Below, piece after piece: positions 37,989 through 51,012 of a stretch of DNA of 64,000 nucleotides (position 1 is the stretch's first letter; each line of letters begins with the position of its first letter). The notes beneath the pieces were generated by a model. That model was not told where the DNA came from and made no database searches. It was given only the letters and a program-made list of their open reading frames with translations. The stretch is from Octopus sinensis. Its lineage: Eukaryota. The position numbers were made by a program, and so were the translations under genes. The stretch is from contig NC_043015.1 in assembly GCF_006345805.1 (NCBI RefSeq), positions 23,870,001 to 23,934,000 of the forward strand. Direction: 5' to 3'.

Positions 37989-40366
37989 GTGTGTGTGCGT
38001 GTATAAAGGAATAACAGAATAATACACATACATATGTATATGATAATGTATGTGTGTATACACATGTACTTATATAAAAAGGTTACACACACATACACAC
38101 AGATATATACACAGATATATTTTTCCGTGCCTTCGTGTATGTATATGAAATAGTTATAGTGACGTATTTATGTACACATAGGCTCAAACTTATCCATAGT
38201 AATACAGTTACATGCACTCTCAACACACACACGTCCACACAATACCTTTCACACTCACATACACAAAACCTTTCACTTTCCCATACATAAACTCGAAAAC
38301 CTACACCAACAGACAAACACTTCCACAAATACGTGCAACCGCTGAAACGATTAAAGCTTTAAAAAAATATAAAGTCTGGCAAGGCTAGTAATTTATCGTA
38401 AAGCTATTTCCTATAAATATGTCTTTTAGCGCTATATCTGATTAGGCTGAATTACCCTTGGTGAAAGTAAATTATGATTGATTGATACAATAATATTGTT
38501 TAAAGACTTTTCATGTCTCTCCTAATCGTCTTTTAATTTGTGGTCATGATAAATGCTTTTGTTTCTTTCATCTATTCCACTTTCTTATATGTCTGTTTTT
38601 GTTTAAATTGTAAATATTGTGTAAAACAAAAAATTCTATGTATAGCGCAGCTATTTAAATAAATATCCACCCAGGAGTCTAGACTTTCAGATTTCAACGT
38701 TTCATGTGTTTCATACACAAAAGTCAGTTTGGGAGCACCTTTCAGTTATAGAATTCTGAAGACAACACTTGGTTTTAGTAAAATAAACTTAAATCTTAAC
38801 TAATTTATGGACATAGGATATTGTGTAAAATATATTTGAATGTCACTAATGTAATTTACAGTTTTACGACGTGATGTGTTTTCTGTCAAATACATTCGTT
38901 TATTTAAAACAGTGGAATATACTATTTGTTTATTTGCAGTAATGTAAAATGTAAATTTAGTGTAAAACAACGTAATCTCTATGTACAGTACAGTGATTAA
39001 AATGGATATTTTGGGAAATATATTCTGTAAGAGACTCGTTTCGATCGAAACGTCGTGAGTGAGATTTTGGTGTGGTCGGATCTTTGTCTGTTGGTTTGTC
39101 AGAGGGACCAGTCTTATTCTCTTCATGCTCCATAGAATTAATCCATTGTATTGTTAAGCAATCCGTTGCACTGTTAAGCAATGTATGGTCCTCTTGTACT
39201 TTAGCAGATCCAGCGAATTAACTCAGTATAGAAATAAACACATTTTACAATTTACGATATTGTTTTATGGAATAGATTTGATGCTATTCCGTGTGCGTAC
39301 AATAAATACGTAGCACTCCATGTACTTTCAAGCGCTAATCAACTGAAGTGAGGAAGCTGTTTCAATTTTCAAACATAACTTTTTCATGATATTACACGTG
39401 GTATAATGTTACGTAATATTAAGAGCAAAGGTATTGCGATTTCCTCGTTGGATCAATTAAACTTTCGTGTCCTAAAACTCAAAATAACGTATCAATAACT
39501 AATCTCGAATATTCCGGAGTTGTATTTGCCTTGCAAATGGTCTCCTCTGAGAACATGAGTTGAAAGTTAAGTAATTAGATCTTGGAAAGGCTTAGTCAGG
39601 CAGCTATAAATACAAAATTAATTTTTAGACTTTAGTTTTAATTTATTTTCTGTGGTATCAAACTTATTACCGTACCCACAATTGGCTCTTCTAAGATAAG
39701 AACGATAAACGAAAATCTATTCTTCTTCGTCTTTCCTGTCACGATTTCAATGGCTTCTAATCCCCGAGTCTCTCCACCTCTCGTCACAAATTTTGCGTGC
39801 AACCTACGTTACCCTGTGCAAACAATTTTATATGTACTTATGTAATATAATTTTTCTGAATCTTCAGATTTTTCAGTATGCTAGACCACTGGTATTAATC
39901 AAATTAATATTCAATTTTACACCCTTATTATTTTTAATTTAAATTTAACCATGTTCTCTAACCGGCAAAATTCACTGAAGAGTATTATTTTCTGTAGAAT
40001 TATTTCCGGTATTTTGGCCCGCCAAAATAAAGACTTTTGAAAGATAACTCCAAATGTAACTGGTAGAACTATATACATGTTCAATCTCATGCGGACATCT
40101 CGTGTATAGTTCTGCAAATTATATTTTGCTATGACGATCACACTGATGTGTTGCGGACAATTATGCGAGTGCTTACGTAAGTGGTAACAACGAAACCGGA
40201 TTTGTGATTAATATTTATATTTTGTAATTTTTCATTTGTCTTGCTCGCTTACGTTCTGACGTTTGCTAAATTTCCTGGAGAACAATTCTTTCTTAGTGGT
40301 AAGACCATAGGGGATCTACTTCTAGCATAATGGAGGCCCACCTATTTGTCATCCCTCTTATATATA

Positions 40367-40408
<42 letters not shown>

Positions 40409-40799
40409 TTCATTAGACACACATACACACTTTCCAGCTACGCATTTTCAATCAAAACGCGCGCATGCGTACAGTGTGGTCTTCTTCTAAAGCAATATTA
40501 TATGTTAAAACACAAGTTACAAACTAGTTCATCTATAATTCTTATTTGGAGAACAATCATTTGCAAACCGCGGAAGTCATCATAGTAAGGCAATCGCATT
40601 TTTTCTCCGATGAAACTGGACGATGACTGTTTTTTTCTCTTGCTTCCCGTTATTTATATACTGGAGTCATTGCGTTTCATTTATGTGGTGATGGATGTTG
40701 TCGTTGTTTTTATATATTTTCACGTGTTATGAATGGTTAAATATTTGCTACAGCAGTTCGGTAGCTTATTCTAGCTTCCTTCTGTTAAATACATCAATA

Positions 40800-40864
<65 letters not shown>

Positions 40865-40964
40865 TTATACATACACACAGATAGATAGATAGATAAATAA
40901 ATAAATAGACAGATAGATAGGCAGATGTATATACACATTCATAAATATACATGCATAAATATAA

Positions 40965-41001
<37 letters not shown>

Positions 41002-41063
41002 TACACATATAATATGTGTATGTTTATATATATATACACACACATATACATGTATGTATCAAA

Positions 41064-41101
<38 letters not shown>

Positions 41102-41258
41102 GTATATATATATATACGCGCACATACGCACAAACAAACATATTCAGTATATATGCGCAGAGAAATGCAAAGAATGAGGAATGTACGCGTGTATAAATAT
41201 ACATGAATGCGTAGATTTGTATACGTACAGCTATGCATTGTATATATATATGAGTATT

Positions 41259-41318
<60 letters not shown>

Positions 41319-41979
41319 GAAATATATATATATGTGTGTGTGTACGTGTGTGTATGCGTGTTTGTACGAATGTATGTGTGTATATGTGCATACATATCGG
41401 CAAATATATTCGTACAAGCATAGCCATTGTGAAAAACACATTGTGCCAATTCCACTGATTCTTTTGAACAGATATATGATGCAAGTAAATCAATAAGCCA
41501 ACAAAATAAAAAAGAAAAAATATTAAATTAAAATAAAATCTAAAAACATCAATATAATACATCGAGAAAAGTAAGGCATTTTCGTATATTGCAAAGAGTC
41601 TAAAGAATTTCTCAAACATGATAAATGGATTGAAGGCATGACAACTTCTGTTTTGTTCAATGGTCTTGTGCTTCTCTTTTGATGCTGAGTGTGTGTAAAT
41701 TCTTAAGCTTCTTTAGCATCCAATGGTGTTTTTATGCTTCACTATTCGCCTTCTTTCGCCTAAATTCACAGCATTACTTTAAAACTCCGCATCCAATGTA
41801 TCTTTGAGTTTTCAGAATTCTAAGATTTCTAATTTATACATCAATACAGACATATACATGCATATATATATATATATATACACGCACACACACACACATA
41901 TATATATATGTATATACATACACATATATATATATATACACATATATACACATATATATACATATATATATATATACAC

Positions 41980-42029
<50 letters not shown>

Positions 42030-42423
42030 GCATATATATGTATATATATGTATATATATATATACACACACACAGAGACCCCCCACACACACATACACAT
42101 ATATGCAATTATGCACAAGTATGCGTTTATAATGAAATGTGTTTTCTTCACTTATAACACTAGACGTTTCTTTGTAAGTAGTTGACTTGTACTGAATCAC
42201 ACATGCGCAAACAGAAAGAAAGATAACAGTGGAGCTCAAGTAAAAATGTGTACAGAGATTTCTTACCCGACCCAACAGTTAAGAATTAGAATGTTAATAC
42301 CACTTCGTTGATATAATCACTTGACTAGATTAAAAGATATCTTGAAACGAATGATCGAACGAAGAATGAGTTCGAATACTACTACTACTGATAATAATAA
42401 TGATTGTGATGATGATGATGATA

Positions 42424-42463
<40 letters not shown>

Positions 42464-42592
42464 CGAAGATGATGACGACGATGCTGATGATGCAAAATAA
42501 ATATCTGGCTTCTTTCTCTGACGGAGTGGACGGAAGTGTGGTATGAACACAGATGTTGATCAATAATGTGTCTGAGATCAGAGCATATTTTG

Positions 42593-42644
<52 letters not shown>

Positions 42645-42654
42645 AAATAACAAG

Positions 42655-43505
42655 TTCTAAAATCTCTAAACGAGATATAGATGCTAACAATACTAGACGG
42701 TAACGTCTTTTCGCCACTATAACATTGCCGTTCTATAAAAAAAATTGTTATTACATTTTAACCCCAGGAAAACGTCTTTTCCAGTTGATTAACGACACAC
42801 GAGTTGTGTCCGATATATTGTGAGTAAGGGAGCGAATCACTGCTCTCCGGCTTGGCAAGATCAGCAGACCACAGTTGCTGGGTCTTTGCTCTTCATCGGT
42901 ACTGGATTCTAGCCTGCTAGAGATGGCAGTCACTCATCCGTACTCACAACATATAATCAACAGAGAAGTGGCAGACAGTCGCTGATCTCGTAATGAGCAA
43001 AACAGCTCGTTTAAAAATCTCTAAACGAGATATTCGTAGTAGGAAGACATATAGGACACAGTTTTTGTGTCGTTGACCAACTGGAAAAGACGTTTTCCTA
43101 GGGTTAAAATGTAGCAGCATTTCTTTATAGAACAGCCATGTTATAGTGGCAAAGAATTTTACCGTCTAATAATGTTACTACTTGTATCTCGTTTAGTGAT
43201 TTTAGAACCAGCTACTTTACTCATTACGAGTTGAGCGGCTGTCTGCCACTTCTTTGTTTACAAAATGTGAGTTTGGACAGGTGACTGCTTTCTCTACCCG
43301 ACTAGTCTCCCGTACCGATGAAGGGTAAAGACCAAGGAACCATGGGCTACTGGTCTTGCCAAGCTTGAGGGGAGCGATTCGCTCCCTTACTCACAATATA
43401 TGGGTCACAGTTTATGTGCCGTTAACCAGCTGGAAAAGACGTTTTCCTGTGGTTAAAATGTGACACAGTTCTCTATAGAATAGCCATATTATAGTGGCGG
43501 AAACG
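42655..43505. mobile_element. Head-to-head array of a ~350-bp hammerhead-containing monomer (non-LTR retrozyme-like)
   Basis: Left arm period ~354 (aaatctctaaacgagata at 42660 and about 43014). The right arm is its reverse complement with period ~349 (about 43054 and 43403). Hammerhead motifs at 42862-42904 (-) and 43309-43353 (+). Confidence 0.8.
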
Positions 43506-43595
43506 GCTACCATCACTGTCACTATCAGTGTGTGTGTGTATGTGTGTTTGTGTGTATATATGTACGTATGCACGTGTGTATATATACACACAAAT

Positions 43596-43630
<35 letters not shown>

Positions 43631-44521
43631 CAAATTCGGTTGGGAAGGGAACGACCCTATTCACCACCAGTCGATCTTGAGAAATGTGATTGTGGAGAGT
43701 TCCATCAAACTGCTGGAATTTACTGTGATTTGATCATCTACGACGATACACTATTATTATTATTGTTATTTAGACCCATATTTTTCTGTCTTAATCAAGT
43801 ACCGTGAAAGACATTCGATCATGACTATTCATATCTTCGTTTCAATCGTAGCATATTTTCTTTTTCTTTAAGTCTGATTTCAAGAAAATTTGGTTTCTAT
43901 CCTTGCAGATTTGCCGAAAGTATGCAACTTAATATCGCTAACTTTTCTGACGACTCTAATGTTGCAAAATCAGCTCCCATCTGGTAAAAGTGTCATGGAA
44001 AGAATCCATATTTGACCATCTACTATTATTTTCATATAAAACAATCACTCGAATGCGAATGTAACCTGCTATCAAATACCATGGTTTCACCAATTGTTTT
44101 AGATGCCCAATATGGTCGGGAAGAGGAAAACAGACTCACACACTCACTTTAAACCCGAAAGATATACAGAGAAAAACAGACAGAGTGACGTAGTGAGAAA
44201 AATGAGTTCGATTTGCACCTAGCAGGTACGAATTCATAGTTGAATTCCTACCGTGGTCCGCTTTGCTTTCCATCTGTTTTGGGCTCGAAAAAATATACCA
44301 GCCCAACGCGGTGGATTTGCGGGATTTTCAGACAGACAAATTGATGTCGTTTATGGATATACCTGGATGTGCTCCCGTTGAGTTAAAATCAAAGCCCGTC
44401 ACCGATAGGCATTGACACGTCTGGTAGGAAGTGTGACAGGCTTATAGTATCTGGAAATGTGACCAGTGATCAGAAGTATGTGTGCGTTTGTAAGTATATG
44501 TGTATATATGTATGTGTATAC

Positions 44522-44592
<71 letters not shown>

Positions 44593-44600
44593 TATATAGA

Positions 44601-45060
44601 GGGTACTTTTATTCATAGGTACCGCACGCTAGGAGGGACTCTTGCAGTCAAAACTACTAAAATTAACAAATTGTACCGAATGCAAAACTTCAAAGCAATT
44701 CATTTAAAAACAGAATTTAGTTACATATCACCTGTGATTTCGCAATCAATGCAGAATATGCATTCCATGCTCTTCCGTGCAACGAACTCAAGACATGTAA
44801 GGAAAAAACACAATACAGCATACCCGACAGCCAACCGTAGAATTCGTCGTAGCATGTACGAATGTTTATCTTTACATATCTAAGAAAATGGCGGGCTTAT
44901 TCGCAATGCATTTCGGTACAATTTGCCGATTCGGAACAAAAATTCAGTATTGAACTATTCCGGTGAAAAATATAAATTTAAAATTAAGGATAAAATCTTT
45001 ATAAGAAATTATCAGTAGTTAGCGTGAAAAACCTTTGAAATACCTATGAATAAAAGTACC
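44601..45060. repeat. Element with ~20-bp terminal inverted repeat and an inner inverted repeat (PLE-end or MITE-like)
   Basis: ggtacttttattcataggta pairs with tacctatgaataaaagtacc. Inner pair caaattgtaccgaatgca / tgcatttcggtacaatttg. Confidence 0.55.
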
Positions 45061-45258
45061 TATAAAAGTACCTATGAATAAAAGTAAGAGAAAAAAATCT
45101 GTAAATGTTTCCACTTTGAAAATATTTTAAATTTGTATATATATATATATATATATAATTTAAATAATGAGGGAGAAAAATTGAATTAATATCAATTAAA
45201 AACCAGTAGCTTAGCGTATAAAAAATCTGAAAAATCAGAAAAAATTTCAACACATGTG

Positions 45259-45387
45259 TATATTAAGGGAGACCACTAGGTGGATAACCATACGCTAGAA
45301 GATCACATACGAATTTTTTTCTTTTTAGTTAGATCGTATGTGATCTTCTAGCGTATGGTTATCCACCTAGTGGTTTCCCTTAATATA
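45259..45387. repeat. Near-perfect palindrome, ~54-bp arms and 21-nt spacer
   Basis: tatattaagggagaccactaggtggataaccatacgctagaagatcacatacga pairs with tcgtatgtgatcttctagcgtatggttatccacctagtggtttcccttaatata (1 mismatch). Confidence 0.9.
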
Positions 45388-45427
45388 TATAAACACACAC
45401 ACTCACTCACTCACACACATACACACT

Positions 45428-45463
<36 letters not shown>

Positions 45464-48400
45464 CACACATATATATATACACATATATGTACATATATAT
45501 ATATATATATATACATCCATATATACATTCAATGGATGAGTCTGACTGTTTGTAATGGAGTGTAGTATATAGAGGTATATGATAACTAAACACTGGTTAT
45601 ATCTAACCTGGCTAAGGGTTACGGTCACAATCCAAGAACCTTAACTCTCAGGACGGTTCTATACTCAGTTTTAGCTAATTAGAATGGAGTCACACATTTC
45701 GGTAACCTAAGGCGTTTGTCAGAAAAGGAAAAGAAAACTTACCCAGGATTATAAGCAGGAATTCGAACAGATGTAGTTGCAAATTGAACAATGTTAAATA
45801 CCATTATTATGGGTAGATATGAAGCCTATTCCTCATACCAACCCATAATAATGTTTTTTAACTTTGGCACAACGTGCCATATTTTCCGATACAATCTCTC
45901 CGTTCGTTGGCAGACATTTCAGCTTATCGACTGCGAAGTGGATGAATGATAAAATCAGCTACGGTGACATTTTGGACTCAGAAACGTAAATATTTATTCA
46001 GGTATGTGTGGGGGTGTATACGTATGTGCGTATATACAGATACACACACACACACATTCTTGTATGTATATACATATATAACTGAGGTTGGTTTATATTA
46101 AATATACACCGATACCAGAGAGACGTTCCCGAATGTTCCAAAATAGACCAGCTTGTGTTATTCTATATCAACTACTTGTTATGAATGAACATTTATGCTA
46201 TAAACTATTTTCTGTCAATATATTTTACCTAATGCTGATTTAATTATTCCTATTGTCAGCAGATCGATCCAATGCGAATATAACATTTTTTCCCCTTATA
46301 TTTCGGTTTATTTGTCGATCTTCTGCTGCTGCTGCTGTTGTCTCATCGCTGTTGAATTAAATATAGATTGGTAGGAAATGGAGCTGTCGTTGGTTTACAA
46401 AGAACTGGTCAGACATCAATTTATTAGGATTATATTTATGATTTTATTTTGCAATATTTTTCATGTGATTTAGTACAATCTGGTTTAGCAGCATTTCTTG
46501 CGACTCCTTGCTTTCTGAGTTCAAACGTCACTGAATTTGCACTTTGCATTTCATCTCTCACTTTCACTATAAACACTAAACAGAAGAATGCTGTTTCTGT
46601 TTCCAATTAAAGAAGGGCAACGGACTGACATGGTTCAAACCCGAAAACTCTCCTTCAGACACCAGCAGCAGATCGGCCTAACCTCACAAGTCGGTAAATG
46701 TTCAAATAATGTTCGTTAATTAGATGATAATAAAATATAATTAAACATTAAAAATATAAATGACTGAATTGCTACCGATTTCAAACACACCTTTATTAAA
46801 CGGTTGTTAAAAATCTTAAAGAAGGCATAGAATACCATTTTCAATTTCTTTTTCAATGTTTTAATATCCTGTGTTCGTAAATGCCTCTTCTTGTATATTT
46901 CGTATCATTCTTTTTGATATATCTCCTCTTCTTTTCAAATACCTCTTGTTTTTCATGTCTTATAATTATAAAAATTATACGTGCGATATTTGCTGAGATG
47001 TGAGCGAGCATTGATACTAAGTTGTCACTCATTAATCTCTCCGCCAACCCACAGAATGAAACCATTTAAAAAAGAGGTGTATGAATGTTTACAAAACCAA
47101 ATATAAGAAATTCCATGCACAAACTTTACTTTTTCCAGCTTAGTTGGTGGGCCTTGAAATGTAAGACCTTTTCTTGTCATATACCCATAAATATAAATTT
47201 AACCCGTTAAATATGAAAAATCTACAGAGCTACTTCCGAATGTTCTGTCTTAAGCAATTACACATCACAATAAGAGTTACCAATAATTTTGAGAGGTGTT
47301 TTATTTCATCTTGACGGAAATGGTAATTTTGTCGCGGAATGATTTCAATATTTAACCTGAAGAGTTTGAAGAAAAAAGCAGCAAAGCATTTTCTCTTCCA
47401 CCATTAGCTTTAGGATATCGCCCTCTCTCCACATTATGGTGAATACATATAACAAAGTGAGACACAGAGTGTGTGAGTGCGAGGGGTTATCTGCTGAGCC
47501 CTGCTACTTTATTTCATCGCCGCCGAATGTAAGAAAGGATAACAATTCTGGGATTTGATCTAAGAACCTAAACTGGAAATATAATTAACTCAAACATAGA
47601 ATGGCACGGATTTTGGGAGTAAAATTTGATTAGATTGAGTTCAATACTTCACAAGTGATTTATTTCATCGAAACCAAATTATAAAAAGCAAAGTCAACCT
47701 CGGTGGGTGGAGCATATAATCCCATTTTTTTTGCTTTATATTATATGCAATACCCAAATAAATGGCGGATATATTCGCCATTTAGAATATCGTTAATAAC
47801 CTTACGCAATATTTATTTTAGCAGTAATTTTATATACATATGGCGATATGTGGTTAGCTTTCAAATACTCCCTAACTTCTACAGCTTAAAGAAATATTTA
47901 GATAGTAGTACTTACTGTCAGTATCTCTTTACGTAAACATCTCATTCTATGTATTCAGCTGCCTATATTTACAGATATCATTTTTTGTTATCTTTCCATC
48001 AGATGTACACTACATATCATGCTACTTACCTTGTATCATATACTCATAGAAATACCTTCATACACACACATACTTACATACATGCATACACAAATGCAAT
48101 CAAACACACACACACACACACACACACCACACACACACACACTTATAGATAGATACGATTACTTTTTATCAAATAATCACACACAAAGTATATTCGCTTT
48201 TTCCTTCGTTTATCACTGTTCTGATTCTCACTCATGTCCATTGTCCAGAAATCTTTCGTAACACATCTGTAACCACCCTGAGCGACACTTTCCGTCCTCG
48301 TGTGTGGTCTTGTCCTGCTTACACGATTCTGTTATTCATAGAAGAGCCGAACGGACATGAGTTCAAATAAGAACAGTAATAAACAAATGAAGGACAAATA

Positions 48401-50420
48401 ATCGGTGTGTGTGTTTATCTGGCAAAAGAAAAATCATCATCGCAAATACTACAATATCCGTTTCAACACAGGACTTCACATCAGGAAATTTGCAACTCAA
48501 ATTCATATATGTATATATATATATATATACGCTGCTTTCAAACCGTAAAGTCATGTTTCCATGCGCTTGCCAGAACCTCTTCCGTCCCAGCCAGAACAAA
48601 GGCATTTCGTTTGTTTTTCTCGTTTGTTTTCTTGTTTATTTTGATTTCTCGTATTGTATTTTTATTTCTTGTTTTGTATTTTCTTGTACATGTATTTTTA
48701 TCGTGTATTTTATTGTGCAGTTTTATTGTTACGTCCTGTTTGTGTTACATTTTTTTCGTGCTTGTTTTACCCCACTGCGAGGTTATTTTATTTTAATTCT
48801 CTCGCAGGAAGGCCTAGTATTGACGAGTCGTGTCCTGTCTTGCCTTCGGAACACGCTACGTCTACTAGCGACAGCTGATGATTGGGGATTTTCCTTGTGT
48901 AGCTTGTCCTGTACCTTGTTTTTCTGTTGTAAAAAATTGTTTTTCCCGTTTTCGCTCTCGTCCTGTTCCACGTCTCTGTCTTTCTGTTGTGAAAAAATGG
49001 CTTTTCCGTTTTCGTTTCTGTCGAGTTCTACGTCTTTTTGTGGCGTCCTGTACTTACGTATATATATATTTATATATGCATGTATATATACATGTAGATG
49101 TAGGTACGTACATATATGTTTGTATGTATGCATATATTTTATTTATTACACTATATATATATATATATATACATAAGAGATAATGGCATCATTAAGACCC
49201 AAAGGTGTCAAGTAATGCTGAATAAGTGCTATATACAAGACCATAGTTAAGTTCCAGATTCGTTAATATTGCGAATAAAGGGTTCAGCTTTGGTTCTATG
49301 TCAGCGTGTGTATATAAGATTTTTTTTTATAATGAGATAAAAAAAACCAAGGCTGTATAGATATTAGACCATTTATAGATAGAGGTCTTACAGCTCTTTC
49401 TAGAATATTAATTAATAATAATATCCCTTCATCGGGGACGTTATGAGAGGAAAAGTTATAGTTTCGATGTGATATAAATAGAGAGTGAGGTGGAGGAAAG
49501 AAAATATATGTAAGATATGTATGGTTATTGAGTTCATAAATCCGCTTTATAGGCATAATGGTATATATGTGTATTATTCCAATATCCTTTGAGTAAAATC
49601 CATAAGTCCAACAGACTTATGGATTTTAATATGAGTTCATCAAAATATAAAGTTTATAAGCAATGTAAGATTCTCTTAAAGCTGGTCCTTCCCAGTAGGG
49701 AATTTATATAGAATGTAGCAGATTCGAGGTTTGTGTTTAAACTGATCTAGAAATAGGGAGTGTATTAGTTTGGTCATATTGAAAATAGTAAGAGAGGAAC
49801 GACAAAAAAAAAGAGATAAACAGAGGTGAGGAAATAATTAAAGAGAAAAAGAGCAGATAAGTAAAAAGAAAAATAAAGAAAAAACCCTGAAGGTATGAAT
49901 AAAGAGAATAAGGTAAAGAAAAAAGAAAAATTAAGATATAGGTTGGTCAGTGGTCAGTGGAGGCAGTTTGAAAGTAGGAGTGGGGATAGAGAGAGAAAGG
50001 TATCATAGTATAAATGATAGAGGAATGGGGGTGTTAAGAGGTAAGGAAATACTAAATGTTGTAGTAGCTTTTAATTGTGAGGCAAATTTATGAAGAATTA
50101 AGGAAATATTAGTGTTAATTATTCTGAGAAAATATTTATGTTAAGATGCATATACATGTATATCAGATAAATTATAGTTACAAATACAATCCTCGTGTAT
50201 CAACGTTCCTACATGTGCAGTTATCTAAATTTTGCATGTGTATAAATGTTTACATATACCCACATGTATGCATACATGCATACCCTCAGTCGTACGTATA
50301 CACTTGTGTATGGGTGTGTACGTGTAAATATGTAAACGAATATAATCAGATGGTTGCATATGTGAGAAACTAGATATGGGTTATAAGTTAGAGTGTAAAT
50401 TTATTGGTTAATGGGATTAC

Positions 50421-50900
50421 CTAAGAATTAATGCGGATATGTACCGTATGGTCATTTTGGCACTTGGATTTGTGATAAAATTTTAATTTGTGATAAAAGC
50501 GGCAGTTGCATGTGCTTAAGGCTTCGTTATGTATATTAAGCAGTGTTGGAGAATTGTGCTTTAATATTTGGAGTGCCTCCTTCAGGCAAAGCTTGCAGAT
50601 TAAGCGCTGACCTCGGTAGGGAAGTATTGAGTCTATTATAGACCATGATAGAGTATAGGGTAGGTTTGCATTTTTGAGATAATGTATGTGGTTGGCGAGT
50701 GTTGTAGATTTACTGTTTATCGTATCTAAAGGAGTGAAGATGAGTGGCATATCGTTGCTTAAAGTTTTTTGTTGAACCTATGTATATGGCTGTAGAGTTG
50801 TGTAATTGGTTAAGGACAGTGCATTTGTAGATTACATTATATCTTCTGCAATGGTTTTGTAGCGGGCAGGTTATTCCAGGACGGCAATTACAATTAGGTG
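50421..50900 (-). pseudogene. PLE GIY-YIG endonuclease with upstream Cys cluster; frameshifted
   Basis: CNCRPGITCPLQNHCRRYNVIYKC..IYIGSTKNFKQRYATH, then after a frameshift STTLANHIHYLK..W..PY..CKLCLKE..LLN..E..CNC. Confidence 0.88.
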
Positions 50901-51012
50901 AATTTTGAGGATCATGTTCGGTAACTGAGGAGGTAGTATCATCAGAAGTGAGGTTATAGAAGGGGGTGAAAATTTCTCTATTATTATTATTAATATTATT
51001 ATTATTATTACT

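Noticed and set aside
43909-43983. Plus-strand 75-nt segment with acceptor, donor and one open frame
   Set aside because: Weak donor, no partner exons and no recognisable peptide; expected by chance in 64 kb.
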